DNA of 64,000 nt from a virus: positions 67,289-131,288 of the IMG/VR virus record IMGVR_UViG_3300031951_000034, one strand, 5' to 3'. Within the stretch, counting starts at the first letter, position 1; each line of letters starts with the position of its first letter. Made by a program: the position numbers and the translations under genes. The notes below the pieces were generated by a model. That model made no database searches, was not told where the DNA came from, and saw only the letters and a list, made by a program, of their open reading frames with translations. Of this stretch, positions 27,569 to 36,436 are shown piece by piece.

Positions 27569-28187
27569 AATAGCGAAAACTAAAACCGAAGCACCGAAGA
27601 AAAGGGGAAGACCGCCAAAAAATAAAGTAGCTACAAAAATAGTAGAGACTAAAAAGAGGAGAGGAAGACCCCCCAAAGCAAAGCTAGTAAAAAAGGATAT
27701 TCCAGCAAAGAGAAGGGGAAGACCACCAAAATTAAATAAAGAGGTGGAGAAACCAATCAAAAAACTGGAACCCAAAAAACCTATTATCAAATATGAAAAC
27801 GAATTTGAAGCAAAACTTTTCATAAACCAAAAACCGTCTAGTAAACAAATAGATGAATATTCTAATTGGCTGGTAAAATACAATGAAGCTGTGGCTCAGA
27901 CAGACTTCGAAAAACAAATAAAGCAAATAAATTCACTCCAAGAAATCGTAAATAAGGTGGTAGACAGTTCTACAGTAAATATAGTTATTCTACCTATCTT
28001 TGTAACCAAAGGAGACAAAATTACTTTTGTGCTGTTTGAACCTTTTGATAAAGGGGTTGAAGTGATCATCAAATATAAGACTGGTCTGGTTCCACCTCAC
28101 TTGACATCGTCTGTAAAACATACAGCCGTGTGCAACAAAATTACTGAATCGGTACAAAAATTTGTTCCCGTAGGTGTTTGTTGTTGA
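27540..28187 (+). CDS. AT-hook DNA-binding protein
   Basis: three RGRPPK motifs in a Lys-rich N-terminus; ATG 27540 preferred. Confidence 0.7.
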   Translation: MRNAKIKKNKIAKTKTEAPKKRGRPPKNKVATKIVETKKRRGRPPKAKLVKKDIPAKRRGRPPKLNKEVEKPIKKLEPKKPIIKYENEFEAKLFINQKPSSKQIDEYSNWLVKYNEAVAQTDFEKQIKQINSLQEIVNKVVDSSTVNIVILPIFVTKGDKITFVLFEPFDKGVEVIIKYKTGLVPPHLTSSVKHTAVCNKITESVQKFVPVGVCC

Positions 28188-28227
28188 GTATGATATTCAG
28201 TCAAAAAAATAATTTTTAAAAATAGTA

Positions 28228-28256
28228 TTGACTTAAAAAATTTTTTTGTGTATCAT
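28228..28256 (+). promoter_or_regulatory. sigma70-type promoter
   Basis: TTGACT-17 bp-TATCAT with an AT-rich upstream element. Confidence 0.7.
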
Positions 28257-28272
28257 CCGAACTTGTTCTTTT

Positions 28273-28381
28273 CCCGAAACGCGTATGCCTCCTATTTTTA
28301 CGCTCCGTTTAGATCCGCGTAGCGGAGATCAACGGACAAGCGCAAGCTTGAGTCAAAATCGGTAGGCAACAGCGTTTCGGG
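28273..28381 (+). ncRNA. long structured leader / candidate small RNA
   Basis: cccgaaacgc/gcgtttcggg base stem, tgcct/aggca, ccgtt/aacgg, apex tccgc-gta-gcgga; starts just downstream of the promoter. Confidence 0.45.
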
Positions 28382-28422
28382 CTTATAATACTGGAAAGTT
28401 TGGAACAACAATTAAAACAAAC

Positions 28423-29376
28423 ATGAAAACAAAAAAAGAAATTGCTCTTTTAAGAAAAAAATACATGGATCAACTTAGTAGCGTTATTTGTGAATCACAT
28501 TTATGCTCTGTTGAACGTGAACAGAAATTATTAAAAGGTAAAAAAAGAAAGAAGCATGCCTCTAAAATTGGAAAAACTTTACCAAAGTTTGAGCAATTAG
28601 AGTTATTTGTATCAGTAGATCAGTATGTTGATGTAAATGTACACGGCAAAGAAGCCATAGACGATTTAAATTGTGAGGAGGTAATGGTTTCTGAAACAGA
28701 AATTAATAAGGGTAAAGTTCCTGAACAAAGTGTTTCATTGGTTTCCCCTATCATGACGGAAGAACCTATTATAAATATTCGCCGTTTTGAAAATATAGTG
28801 TCTTGGATTCCCTCACAGATAAAATTCAATGATTTAATTGAAGAAGAATATCTTACTCTTGAAGAATTAAGGTTATGGTTGTCTAAAGATGATTTGTACA
28901 GTCTTCTATACAAAGACCAGATAAGTGACGAAAACAATACAGATTTCTTTACAGAAAAAGAAGCAGAAAGATTTGTCGGCGAATTTTTTAATACAGAACA
29001 GGGGCAGGAATACCTGATGTATAAGTGGAGAAAAGCAATTAGGTGTATAAACAATGAATTGCGATCTAGGATAGGAATTATCAGGTTAGGTAAAAATAGG
29101 CTGCCTAATAGTCCTAGGGTTTGGATAGGTAGAAATTCTTGCGCAGGGTCAAGTAGAATATTAGTTAAAGGATTTGACTCAGAACTGGAATTGGTAGCAG
29201 AGAAACTTGTCAATGCCTTTGTCGGTAAAGATGCTTTTGATAAAGCATGGGACCTTTGTTATCGCGGCGGGACATGGAAGATAACTGTTTATGATAAGTC
29301 AACAGTTGGAAAAACTATCCCCAAAATAAATAGCACGTTTTACATAGAAGAATTTGAAGGAGACGACCTACTATGA
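28423..29376 (+). CDS. hypothetical protein
   Basis: 317-aa ORF. Confidence 0.6.
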   Translation: MKTKKEIALLRKKYMDQLSSVICESHLCSVEREQKLLKGKKRKKHASKIGKTLPKFEQLELFVSVDQYVDVNVHGKEAIDDLNCEEVMVSETEINKGKVPEQSVSLVSPIMTEEPIINIRRFENIVSWIPSQIKFNDLIEEEYLTLEELRLWLSKDDLYSLLYKDQISDENNTDFFTEKEAERFVGEFFNTEQGQEYLMYKWRKAIRCINNELRSRIGIIRLGKNRLPNSPRVWIGRNSCAGSSRILVKGFDSELELVAEKLVNAFVGKDAFDKAWDLCYRGGTWKITVYDKSTVGKTIPKINSTFYIEEFEGDDLL

Positions 29377-29618
29377 ATGAAACAATAAAGGAATTAAACA
29401 AACTACAGAAAGATTTAAATTTATATTTTAAAAAAGTAAAACTAGAAACCAAAGACTTTAGACAAAGATACAAAAAATTATCTAAAAAAGTTGCAAAATT
29501 TATGGACAAAACAAATGATCCAGACAAGTTATTTAAGTTAGACAAGCCACTTGTTAAATGCGATCAAGAGCTATATGAACTGGAATCTTACTTCTCTGAA
29601 TGGGAGTATTATCACTAA
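29373..29618 (+). CDS. small hypothetical protein
   Basis: ATGA-coupled ORF. Confidence 0.5.
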   Translation: MNETIKELNKLQKDLNLYFKKVKLETKDFRQRYKKLSKKVAKFMDKTNDPDKLFKLDKPLVKCDQELYELESYFSEWEYYH

Positions 29619-29633
29619 GTAGTTAAATATTTT

Positions 29634-29879
29634 ATGGAAAGACCAACAATAAACAACACAAATGCAGTGTTCCAAGCTGGAACAACAATCGGAACATATC
29701 TATCACAGGCTATTACTGAGATCGATAAACAACTAGGAGAGGGTTACGCTGAGAAACATCCCGAGCTTGTTGCGGAGTGCGTACGCTCCCAGACAATGGA
29801 TTTTAATTCTACGGCACTTGGTGCCGTTCTATACGAGATTCGAGACGTCTTGGAAACACGCATTGACGCCAAGCTATGA
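29634..29879 (+). CDS. small hypothetical protein
   Basis: IDKQLGEGYAEKHPELVA motif; ORF in run. Confidence 0.55.
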   Translation: MERPTINNTNAVFQAGTTIGTYLSQAITEIDKQLGEGYAEKHPELVAECVRSQTMDFNSTALGAVLYEIRDVLETRIDAKL

Positions 29880-30088
29880 GCCTAAGGTATGAGCAATATT
29901 CAAGTCTGAGCAGAACAAAAAAATTTTTGATTGATGTTTCTCTCATGCAAACAAAATCAAAGAAACTAGAAAAACTTAAGAAAGAAGCGTCTAGTTGCCT
30001 AAAACATTTTCCTGCCCTCTCAAATACAGGAATACCAATTTGGTCTAATGATAATTTTACCAATGAAGAAGGCGACCCCACGTTTTAA
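29876..30088 (+). CDS. small hypothetical protein
   Basis: ATGA-coupled ORF. Confidence 0.5.
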   Translation: MSLRYEQYSSLSRTKKFLIDVSLMQTKSKKLEKLKKEASSCLKHFPALSNTGIPIWSNDNFTNEEGDPTF

Positions 30089-30093
30089 ATAAA

Positions 30094-30288
30094 ATGGAAA
30101 AATCCAGGGAAGAACTAATTCAAGAAGTTAAAAACTTGACTGAAGGGATTCACATATGCATGGATACATTAAGAATAATATCTTGTCCAATGCGCCCAGA
30201 TGGCACTTACAATAATGACAGAGAGTCTTGCAGGATAATGGCTTTAAAGGCCATAAATAAATCAGAAGAAATAATATACAAACAATAA
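30094..30288 (+). CDS. small hypothetical protein
   Basis: RPDGTYNNDRESC motif; ORF in run. Confidence 0.5.
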   Translation: MEKSREELIQEVKNLTEGIHICMDTLRIISCPMRPDGTYNNDRESCRIMALKAINKSEEIIYKQ

Positions 30289-30289
30289 A

Positions 30290-30757
30290 ATGAAATTGTC
30301 TCTACAGCAAATAACTAGAATTATCTCTACCTCTCCGGTAGACGATAACACCAAAAACTCTATCATGCAGAATATAAATGAGTATGTTAGAGAGCAGCAG
30401 AATCAGGGAACCGAGGAGACTCCTCCAAAGCCACAGAAATATCCAGTTACCATATTGGTGGGTTCTCAAGAAGTGTTAGATCAAGTAAATTCTGATCAAT
30501 TGTATGCATATACGGTTTTGGTTGCAGAAACAGAAAACCATAATGAAACAATTAATGAGCTGAGAAAAACAGCCGTTTTATATAACACAGAGAAAAAACG
30601 CAAAAAAAGTAAGATATATAGATTTACTGATTGTTTTGAGAGATTGAAAACTAGTCACCTTGATCAGAATCCCCTTAGAATATTGACTAAGGAACCGGCG
30701 ATTTTGCTTAAAACGAGCAATTTTGCCATTTCACATCAAGATAATGGTCAGGGATAA
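30290..30757 (+). CDS. hypothetical protein
   Basis: 155-aa ORF in run. Confidence 0.55.
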   Translation: MKLSLQQITRIISTSPVDDNTKNSIMQNINEYVREQQNQGTEETPPKPQKYPVTILVGSQEVLDQVNSDQLYAYTVLVAETENHNETINELRKTAVLYNTEKKRKKSKIYRFTDCFERLKTSHLDQNPLRILTKEPAILLKTSNFAISHQDNGQG

Positions 30758-30995
30758 ACTTTATTACCTAGTTTATCAAAGACATATTGGGGGGAAATCC
30801 GTTACCTATTTGCCAGTAGGCATAGTTGTAGGTATTCACGGAACAGAATCACTGATACTTAGTTACCCGAAAAAGCAAAGAAAAATGATAGGTTTTTTTG
30901 CTACGCATAGGACCGAATTGAAAGATGAAGAAATTAAACATTACACAAAAAATAAAATATTAGCGAAGTTTTCTCAAAATATAAAATTTGGTTAA
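30723..30995 (+). CDS. small hypothetical protein
   Basis: ORF ending before a hairpin; start uncertain. Confidence 0.45.
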   Translation: MPFHIKIMVRDKLYYLVYQRHIGGKSVTYLPVGIVVGIHGTESLILSYPKKQRKMIGFFATHRTELKDEEIKHYTKNKILAKFSQNIKFG

Positions 30996-31001
30996 CAAGT
31001 A

Positions 31002-31025
31002 GGGGGCAGGAAACTGCCCCCTTAT
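31002..31025 (+). terminator. probable terminator hairpin
   Basis: gggggcag-gaaa-ctgccccc followed by ttatgtt. Confidence 0.6.
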
Positions 31026-31165
31026 GTTAGAGTTAGTAGAACGAAATGCGCCCCAAAAGTTGGGGCGTTTTTCGTTTTCACTAATGATACGATTGGTTTA
31101 GGTGTACCAAAGTAAAATGCCTCGATTAGTTTGTTTCGACAAACAAACAAAAAAAATAAAATAAC

Positions 31166-31393
31166 ATGAAAGTCAAAGTTAGCTTCGGTGGAAGAGATAA
31201 TATGGCAGAACTCCCAACTGGGTCGAATCTTGCCTGTATCAAGAACAACAAGGTGTTGGCTGCTCGCATGGGTTGGGACGAGGGCGGCTCAATCAGCTTC
31301 ATCGTCAATGGAGTAAACGTCAGTGACACTACTGTTCTCAATGATGGGGATTGGATTTCGATCCAACATAAGGCTCACGAAAAAGCCGCTTAA
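31166..31393 (+). CDS. ubiquitin-like (beta-grasp, ThiS/MoaD-like) protein
   Basis: 75 aa; FIVNG....DTTVLNDGDWISI pattern; ends KAHEKAA (no GG); upstream of E2/E1/JAB genes. Confidence 0.65.
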   Translation: MKVKVSFGGRDNMAELPTGSNLACIKNNKVLAARMGWDEGGSISFIVNGVNVSDTTVLNDGDWISIQHKAHEKAA

Positions 31394-31450
31394 TATATTT
31401 ATTTTTATTTTATTTATTTTTCTCCCATAACGCTTTGATCGTTAGTTGTT

Positions 31451-31487
31451 AAGCACTAGCCCTCTTTATTGGGGGCTAGTGCTTTTC
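31451..31487 (+). terminator. intrinsic terminator
   Basis: aagcactagccc...gggctagtgctt plus T-run. Confidence 0.75.
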
Positions 31488-31513
31488 TTGTTAAAACTTA
31501 AAAACAAAAAAAT

Positions 31514-32377
31514 ATGAAACCATTTTTTGGTGTTACAGAAGAAGGAATGATAGTGAGGTATGAACCTCATGTAATCATCAATCCAGACGAGGTTCTGGCT
31601 AAAATGAACAACAGGGATTTTAGAACTATTTTTAGGTATGATAGTTTTTCAATGCCGGTAAGTTCTTCAAGTTATAAATTGGATCAATATAAAAAGGTAG
31701 CATTTAATCTTTCTATTACTTCTAAAAATTCATGCGTTTTCTGGAGCTTTTTACCGGGGCTTCCATTTGATTCATTTTTTAAGATCTCTGAGGTTTTTCC
31801 TGGAAAACTGGGTTTTATCCCATGTTATGAAAGATACTACGGGGAACCAGCAAGTGACGTAGTAACCGATAAATTGTGGTGGGACACAGATAGCACAAAT
31901 TGCCTTAACAATGATTTTGAGTTGCGACCATTACTCGCAATAAATATAGATCACGTAAGTAAGCAATCTATTATGTTTCTTGTTTTTAATATTTATGACC
32001 GCAAGAACAAGGTTACACTGGGAAACTTCTTGCCTCCAATTACTAATATATACAAGGACTGTCGTGTCTGTATGGGCCAAAGACATAACCCATCATTTGC
32101 GGAAGAAGATCTAAACTTACACAATATTGTGCAAAAAGAAATTACGTGGTTTTTTGAGACCAGGATGAATGGAGATCTTGCGCAAGATACTATTGATAGA
32201 CAGACAATAGCAAATTCTCTGTTTAGGTGGGACGAACACAAGGCGTGCTTACCGTCTGCTAGGCCGGTGCAAACAATAGTTAACTCTAGAGTTGGAAACT
32301 ATTATATAGATGGTCTCCCCCTTGATGATAAAAATGTTTGCGATGAAAACACATCTTGCAAAATTTTCTATATTTAA
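31514..32377 (+). CDS. prokaryotic E2-like protein (family D-like)
   Basis: LPPITNIYKDCRVCMG resembles the PxxNVxxxGxICxG motif; cassette context. Confidence 0.55.
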   Translation: MKPFFGVTEEGMIVRYEPHVIINPDEVLAKMNNRDFRTIFRYDSFSMPVSSSSYKLDQYKKVAFNLSITSKNSCVFWSFLPGLPFDSFFKISEVFPGKLGFIPCYERYYGEPASDVVTDKLWWDTDSTNCLNNDFELRPLLAINIDHVSKQSIMFLVFNIYDRKNKVTLGNFLPPITNIYKDCRVCMGQRHNPSFAEEDLNLHNIVQKEITWFFETRMNGDLAQDTIDRQTIANSLFRWDEHKACLPSARPVQTIVNSRVGNYYIDGLPLDDKNVCDENTSCKIFYI

Positions 32378-32386
32378 TTCATAAAT

Positions 32387-32734
32387 ATGAACTTATATCA
32401 ACAATTGTTGAGAGCCCCCACGCTTAAAGTTGCTCAAAAAGCAATACATGGAGACATGGAGTCAAGGGTTCATTCACTAAACGACAGTCTTTCTATTTAC
32501 AGAAAGGTGTATTGCTGGTTCCCTGTTCAGTACCATGGAGACACTGAAGAGGACGAGGACGATACAAAAAGAAAGACAATCCCAGAGGAAGCAACAAGGG
32601 AGTTATTTTTTAGCCGGATTTTATCTGGACAACTAAAAAGTGAGTCTCTTGAGTTTTATAATCAGAACAAGAAAGTTGATATATCTGATACAACAGATGA
32701 GCAATTAAACTCTTTGTTCAAAAAAATAAAATAA
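32387..32734 (+). CDS. hypothetical protein
   Basis: 115-aa ORF inside the Ubl cassette. Confidence 0.5.
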   Translation: MNLYQQLLRAPTLKVAQKAIHGDMESRVHSLNDSLSIYRKVYCWFPVQYHGDTEEDEDDTKRKTIPEEATRELFFSRILSGQLKSESLEFYNQNKKVDISDTTDEQLNSLFKKIK

Positions 32735-32752
32735 ACAAACAACAAACAAAAT

Positions 32753-32781
32753 AGGGGGACTATTTATTAGTCCCCCTTTTT
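32753..32781 (+). terminator. intrinsic terminator
   Basis: agggggacta-tttat-tagtccccct plus T-run. Confidence 0.75.
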
Positions 32782-32788
32782 CTATAAG

Positions 32789-33508
32789 ATGAAAAACTTC
32801 TATATAATTGGATGCGGCGGAGTATGCACTTACTTTTTGCCCGCATTTTTTAAAACAATAAATCACGACAAGCGTTTTTCCGGTAGCGCCGTAACGCTAA
32901 TAGATGGAGACACTGTGGAGCAAAAAAATCTGTTAAGGCAGAACTTTTATACAAATCAAGGCGGCTCTATCATAAATGCTTATAAATCGGAGGTTCTAGC
33001 AATGCACTACGTGAACCAATATCCAGGCTTAAATATTGAAGCAAAAACAGATTATATTACTGATTCATTTCCTGTTGAGGAAAAATCTTTTATTTTTTGC
33101 TTTGTAGATAACCACCCAGCCAGAAAAGATATTTTATCTGTAGTAGATATATATTCTTGTGAGGCTATTTTTGCCGCAAACTCTTCAATAAGCAGTCATG
33201 CTTATTATTACAACAGCAAAATGAGTGGTGGGAGCATGGACCCTAGAACCAGGTTTCCAGAAATATTGACCATAGATACTGGTAGCCCTATTAGGGCTGC
33301 TGGATGTGACACAGAAGCTAAACTCAATGATGTCCCTCAAACAGCTATAGCTAACCAAATGGCGGCTACTCATGCTTTGTTTATGTGGAATTTTTGGGCA
33401 ACAGAAAGTAAAAAAATGTCAAAAGAGGAAACTTATGAGGTTTGGCCAATTGAGTTTATGAATAATTCATGCAGATATACAACAATTGCGGTAGAGAATC
33501 TAAAATAA
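32789..33508 (+). CDS. ThiF/E1-like adenylyltransferase
   Basis: IIGCGGV, LIDGDTVEQKNLLRQNF, FCFVDNHPAR, candidate catalytic Cys in RAAGCD. Confidence 0.85.
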   Translation: MKNFYIIGCGGVCTYFLPAFFKTINHDKRFSGSAVTLIDGDTVEQKNLLRQNFYTNQGGSIINAYKSEVLAMHYVNQYPGLNIEAKTDYITDSFPVEEKSFIFCFVDNHPARKDILSVVDIYSCEAIFAANSSISSHAYYYNSKMSGGSMDPRTRFPEILTIDTGSPIRAAGCDTEAKLNDVPQTAIANQMAATHALFMWNFWATESKKMSKEETYEVWPIEFMNNSCRYTTIAVENLK

Positions 33509-33509
33509 A

Positions 33510-35240
33510 ATGAACATAACAGAAAATGTCTCAAGTGAGTGGTTAGCGTGTGGACCCTATGCAGGGGGTCAGATGTGGAGAAATCAATTATATAATTGCA
33601 CGACACATCAGGTATACAAACACAAAACAACAGATAGATCATCTATATCTGGTTATATGGATTATAGCACAAGACTTACAAAAAACTTAATTACTCCAAT
33701 GGTATACGGAGGAATAGGTTTGCAGTCTAATCCAAGAGAACTTACGTCCTCGAAGACATGGCTTATGCCAGATTTTTTCGGAGATCCATTTGACCACCAG
33801 ATTCATTATAATTTTTATGATACACTAAAGCCTTGCGGGTTTTACCATAAGATTGCAATAGAATCTTTGTGGTCATTAATACGCAATTTTTCTTTTATTA
33901 GATATACTGTATTATCTGAGACCAGGCAGATAAATTTTAAATCTTGTAGAATTAAAAAAGGGCAATATATTAGCGTAAATAGCACAGAGGATAATAGAAG
34001 TGGTCACAATCATTGTGCAGTTGAAACAAAAAATTGTCGTCAAATTTCTTACTCAAATAACAACAATTTTGTTTTTAATCATTTCGACTTAAATGATATT
34101 TTTATATCTTCTTACATAGTTTCAAACAATATTGGATTGTTTATATTGCCCAGTGGATCCATATTTTGGCTTAAGCGCAATAATAATACATGGACACCAT
34201 GTATTTGCGAATATGAGATACCTAAATCATTCCCGAAGGGTAACGTCAAAATCAATTTTAGGGAGATTGATGAGGACGGAATAGCAAAAGATGAAGTAAT
34301 TTTTTGCTGCTCTCAAAGGGAGCAATATCTACATAAAACTATCGCCAAAATGATCAAAGAGGATGTAATAAGAATTGCGGTAAGTAATATAAAATCAATT
34401 AAGTATGAAAATGCCGTATCAAATCACCAGATAAGCTCGTCAACTATGGCAATGCTTATCAAAAATTTCGATTCAGCAATTTTTAATCAGCTAAAGGTAA
34501 AAATTCTTCAAAACACTAACATAAAACCCTTAAAAACGTTTAATGATTTAGTTGATACAGTCACCAAAAAAAGAAGGGTACATCTTAATGCAATGCAATA
34601 CTCTAAAGACAGTATGCTGCTTGCAAGAAAAGAGGCATTTAAAGCATGCAAGAATAATACACCGATCTTCTGGGAGATTGGCAAAAAAGTAGACTATATA
34701 CAAAATGCAATACACAAGTCAGGGCTCGGTAGCGAGAGCAGTACTTTCTATGATCTCAATCTAGATTATTTTAACCTCTCAGAAGAGAGGGTCTGTCTTG
34801 CTGAGCTTGGTTATTCATCGCCATCTATTAGTCGTTCTAATAGGGTTGCTCGAAGCATTCAAAGCAATCTACTCAGGAGAGATAACGATGACATATGGGT
34901 AGCTCAGAACATGTATTCTTATTTGAAGATTAACCCTAAGCAGGTAAAAATTAATAATACTACCGTTAATGTAAGCGTAAATTTAAGTGTAACTAAAACA
35001 GAAATATGTAGATATAACGTTGAGTTGAACACAACTTACGATATTCCAATCGAGGTTAAAAACCTCGGGGAAAAAGCTATATCTAGGTATATTAAGTTTA
35101 GAAGCAAAAACGAAAATAATGATTGGGCTAAAGAGATAGAAAAAGAAAAACAGTCAGTCAAAGTAGTTAATGCAAAGACATTAAATAATGAAGAAGAAGT
35201 AGAAGCACAAGTAAGTGAAATAAAAGTATTAGAAATATGA
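33510..35240 (+). CDS. large hypothetical protein
   Basis: 576-aa ORF between E1 and JAB. Confidence 0.6.
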   Translation: MNITENVSSEWLACGPYAGGQMWRNQLYNCTTHQVYKHKTTDRSSISGYMDYSTRLTKNLITPMVYGGIGLQSNPRELTSSKTWLMPDFFGDPFDHQIHYNFYDTLKPCGFYHKIAIESLWSLIRNFSFIRYTVLSETRQINFKSCRIKKGQYISVNSTEDNRSGHNHCAVETKNCRQISYSNNNNFVFNHFDLNDIFISSYIVSNNIGLFILPSGSIFWLKRNNNTWTPCICEYEIPKSFPKGNVKINFREIDEDGIAKDEVIFCCSQREQYLHKTIAKMIKEDVIRIAVSNIKSIKYENAVSNHQISSSTMAMLIKNFDSAIFNQLKVKILQNTNIKPLKTFNDLVDTVTKKRRVHLNAMQYSKDSMLLARKEAFKACKNNTPIFWEIGKKVDYIQNAIHKSGLGSESSTFYDLNLDYFNLSEERVCLAELGYSSPSISRSNRVARSIQSNLLRRDNDDIWVAQNMYSYLKINPKQVKINNTTVNVSVNLSVTKTEICRYNVELNTTYDIPIEVKNLGEKAISRYIKFRSKNENNDWAKEIEKEKQSVKVVNAKTLNNEEEVEAQVSEIKVLEI

Positions 35241-36436
35241 ACAAATTATATATACACAAGGGGGCACCCTTGATAGAAAAGCAGGTAAGTGACAAAGTAA
35301 CTGGGTTTTTCCCCGTAGAGTTCACTGAATTAAAGGACGAACCAAAAGCTAAGGTTAACGTGAATAAGATTAGTCTTTCTCTGTGGAGAACGATAAACTT
35401 CTTTTTCAAGACAGTAGCTAAAAAAGAAAATTCCGAAGCACAGCTTCGTTTATTTTATTCTGACGTAGACAATCAATGGAAGGCTCATGCTTTTCCTCAA
35501 AAAGCTAAAACCGGCATGACAACAAAAGAGTTGTGCGAACATGCAAGCTTTCAGGAGCAGATGAACGAAATGGTTGAAAATGGGAAATACTATCAATATG
35601 GTACCATTCATAGCCATGTTTATGCATCCGCCTTTCAGTCTGGCGTAGATAAAAATGACGAAGCTGGCTGCCCTGGAGTTCACATAACTATAGGCAAACT
35701 TGACCAAGCAAACATTGACATTAGCCAAAGGTTTACAGTTATTGTTCCAGGTGTCATCTCAACTGATGAGCAAGGAAATGAAGTGGTGGTATCAAAAGCA
35801 AAAAAGTTTTTTATGCCAGTTGATATGCATGACTTCATTGAGATTCCAGAGGATATGTATGGATCAACAAAATCAATAGAATTGAGAAAAATTATATTCA
35901 ATTTTGTTGTATCTGAAAACTCCGAGGAACTGGTCGATCAAGATCTTGTAAATAAATGGATGAAAAATAGAATTGAGGAGGAGAAAGTAATCAGCACTAG
36001 AGTCGATTTTCTTAAAGATGCTGACAATTATGACTACTCTAATTTTCACTCTAAACAGTTGATGATGTTTGATTCATCAACCAAGAACTACAAAAAAGGT
36101 TCAAAAAAAAACAACAGATCGAAGATTCAAGACTATATACCAAGCTCTTCGACTTACAAGGTTGGTGACAGAGAAGACCTTGAAAGGTCGGTAAACAAAA
36201 TTTGTTTACTGCATAAAGTGTCTCAACTTGAATTATCTGAGATATTGTTAAATAAATCAGAACAAATTATGTCAGACAATTATATAAATTTATTTAACGA
36301 CATAGATATAAATATTTTATCCGTATATAACTTATACGGATATTCTCTTGGATTAGAAATACAAGACTGGGTACAAGAGAGAATGGCAAAAGCAGCGAAA
36401 AACAGTCAAATATCACACATATTACAAACACTATAA
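35237..36436 (+). CDS. JAB/MPN+ metallo-isopeptidase
   Basis: ENSEAQ (Glu), YGTIHSHVYASAFQSGVDKNDE, GVHITIGKL. Confidence 0.8.
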   Translation: MNKLYIHKGAPLIEKQVSDKVTGFFPVEFTELKDEPKAKVNVNKISLSLWRTINFFFKTVAKKENSEAQLRLFYSDVDNQWKAHAFPQKAKTGMTTKELCEHASFQEQMNEMVENGKYYQYGTIHSHVYASAFQSGVDKNDEAGCPGVHITIGKLDQANIDISQRFTVIVPGVISTDEQGNEVVVSKAKKFFMPVDMHDFIEIPEDMYGSTKSIELRKIIFNFVVSENSEELVDQDLVNKWMKNRIEEEKVISTRVDFLKDADNYDYSNFHSKQLMMFDSSTKNYKKGSKKNNRSKIQDYIPSSSTYKVGDREDLERSVNKICLLHKVSQLELSEILLNKSEQIMSDNYINLFNDIDINILSVYNLYGYSLGLEIQDWVQERMAKAAKNSQISHILQTL

